Assembly (NCBI RefSeq): GCF_048593235.1
Contig: NC_133619.1
Span: forward strand, 14,150,602 to 14,214,453
From: Sminthopsis crassicaudata
Lineage: Eukaryota
Direction of reading: 5' to 3'
Length of the DNA: 63,852 nt
Shown here in pieces: positions 61,825 through 63,852 of the stretch. Under the pieces are notes generated by a model that was not told where the DNA came from, did no database searches, and saw only the letters and a program-made list of their open reading frames with translations. Every line of letters begins with the position of its first letter. Positions within the stretch are counted from its first letter, which is position 1. The position numbers and the translations under genes were made by a program.

Positions 61825-62760
61825 TACTTCTTTTTTCTTTTCAAAATTTATGCATAGTTTTTAACATTCACCTTGCAGAACCTTGTGTTCCAATTTTTTT
61901 CTCTCTCCTTTTCCCCCACTCCTTCCCTTAGACACAAATAATCCAATATATATTAAACATATGCAATTTTCCTATATGTATTTCCACAATTATCCTGCTG
62001 CATAAGAAAAATCAGATCAAAGAGAAAAAAAGGAGAAAGAAAACAAAATGCAAGCAAGCAACAACAAAAAGGTGAAAATACTATGTTGTGGTCCACACTC
62101 AGTTCCCACAGGCTTCTCTCTGGGTGCAGATAGCCCTCTCCATCACAAGCCCATGGGAAGTTGTTACACCCCTATGGACTTCTAACATAGTAGCTCCCCT
62201 TAGAGCTACTCTTAATGTCCGTCCCTTGATGGCACGGCTAGGCCACACTTACCCATCTTCGGGCACCAACCCGGATCCCACAGAGACAGACCACCAAGAG
62301 GTAGGGGTGAAGCGAAAGAGAACTTTATTCTGAGATAGCACATATTTATACCCCACTGATGATATGAGGAAAGGGGGAAGTCCTTTAGGAACCTGGAATA
62401 ATGGGATTGGCCCGAGAAGAAGAAGGGAGGCTTGCTAGGCTTTGAGAGCACTAAGGAGGGAGGCTTGGTACCTGGAATCAGACACCGCCTCATGGGGCTG
62501 TGGCCCATCACCACGTAGGACTCGCCTGAGCCTCCTAACCTCTCATCCCTCAGGTCCTCCCACATGCCTTGAACTGCATTCCTTACTTCTACAGGCTTTT
62601 TAACCCTTACAGGAAGTAGCTTGAATCACCTCATTATTAAAGAGAAAAATGTCCATCAGAATTGATCATCACATAATCTTGTTGTTACTGTGTACAACAG
62701 TTACTATCTTGGTTCTATTCATTTCACTTAGTAACAGTTCTTATAAATCTCTCCAGGCCC
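61825..62760 (-). mobile_element. L1 3' end split by a solo LTR
   Basis: L1 sequence ...catcacaagcccatgggaagt resumes as agcttgaatcacctcatt...gtccatcagaattgatcatc after 62617. Confidence 0.85.
62162..62611 (-). mobile_element. Young 450-bp solo LTR (class II/betaretrovirus-like)
   Basis: TG...CA ends; TSD GGAAGT at 62156-61 and 62612-17; minus-strand TATAAATA near 62345 and AATAAA near 62328; 9 CpGs. Confidence 0.9.
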
Positions 62761-63171
62761 AAGAAGATACTTCTGGTATATAAATTTTTCTTTTTGTTTT
62801 ACCCTAAATCTTCAATTCAACATAATCTTGTTATAATGAAAATGACAAAATGTAAGAGAACAGCAAAATATCAGTAATGGCTATTAGTTTTGGAAGTACT
62901 AATTCCATCTGCAGAAAATCAATAAGCTCTCTGCATCCCAAACTCTTTTCTGAACTCATTTTCCCCATCTTGGCTCAAAGCAAAATTTTAAAACTTCAAG
63001 TAACCTGGATTTCATAGATGTGGGAACTTCTTTTGATGCTGGAAATCTCCACTCCTTAATACACAGTCTTCATGACCTACTCTGGCCCGAATATAACTCC
63101 CTGTTAAGTTCCATTTGGATAGATAGTGCAAACTTAGTTTGATTTCTTCAAAAAAAAGACATGCAACCTCA

Positions 63172-63181
63172 CTATATATAC

Positions 63182-63242
<61 letters not shown>
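63172..63242. repeat. (TA)n microsatellite
   Basis: Long near-perfect TA run. Confidence 0.98.
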
Positions 63243-63243
<1 letters not shown>

Positions 63244-63852
63244 TCAGAAGCTTCACAGTTTGGTGACACAGACTTTAGGAATATGAGGCCAGATTGTACC
63301 ATGTTAAGATATTGCAATAAGACTTTAATGGAGGGGGAAAGAACCTCAATCAATCAGAGACATCCATAGACACAAAATGTTTAACTTGACTAAAAGTCAT
63401 TAAACATGTAAACATTTTACAACATTTATAGCCATTAAAAATGATGGTTGGAGCTCAATCAATCAAATCAACAGGAATTTACAAGACACCTGCAGTGTTT
63501 AAGCTTTGTGCTATATGCCAAGGATATAAGAATAAAACATATGTATTGATTGGTGGACTTATTTGATGTCTGCATACTAGGATTCTGAAGAGAAGGACCT
63601 GTGTTGTGGATTGAAGTTCCAATTCTTATTAATGGCTTGTCCTTAACTTTAGGTGCTGAGTCTGTGTCTAAGAAAGAGAGAAATTTGTATTAAAAATTCT
63701 TTCAGAATTTTCTCATTGGAATGTTCTGTGTCCCCAGACAACCTGATCTGGGTCAAAGAAAGAGGAGGTGGTATGGGGAGTGGGAAAAATGTTAGATTTG
63801 GAGTTGGGGACTTGAGTTTTAGGATTACCTCTATATTTCTATTAGTTCTGTG

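Noticed and set aside
63012-63369. ORFs with YIYIYI runs
   Set aside because: Translations of the (TA)n microsatellite.
1-63852. CRISPR array, operon, rRNA, snRNA or mitochondrial insertion
   Set aside because: No repeat-spacer array or recognisable RNA-gene or mitochondrial sequence; the window is mammalian repeat-rich DNA.

Overview
This is eukaryotic, AT-rich and CpG-poor genomic DNA from a marsupial. WSINE1-type SINEs, Mar1, RTE-type SINEs, marsupial L1 3' ends and an OC1-like hAT MITE point to a dasyurid such as the Tasmanian devil; the species is an inference. A large part of the window is layered interspersed repeat: old L2, L3/CR1, MIR and MIR3 relics, Tigger1-like and Charlie-like DNA transposon relics, one internally deleted L1 of about 4.9 kb, many truncated L1 3' ends, young SINEs with intact TSDs, and two LTR insertions with 6-bp TSDs. 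There is one 156-N assembly gap. I recognise no named protein-coding gene, RNA gene or CRISPR array, and most ORF-track entries are low-complexity or antisense-to-repeat artefacts. Several repeat-free segments look like spliced exons on the minus strand, including a phase-compatible chain at 3999-1698 and a CpG-retaining open exon at 43053-42902, so an unidentified gene or lncRNA may cross the window. The best-supported unusual observations are: (1) an LTR insertion whose TSD-bounded unit includes a tRNA-Lys PBS and a short leader; (2) a young 507-bp Tc2-like transposon with its own empty site 155 bp upstream; (3) an OC1-like MITE; (4) a young solo LTR inside an L1; (5) a SINE with a poly-G tail. 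I did not find convincing evidence of a wholly new biological system. Repeat family names come from recalled consensus motifs, not from a database search, and boundaries of old repeats are approximate.
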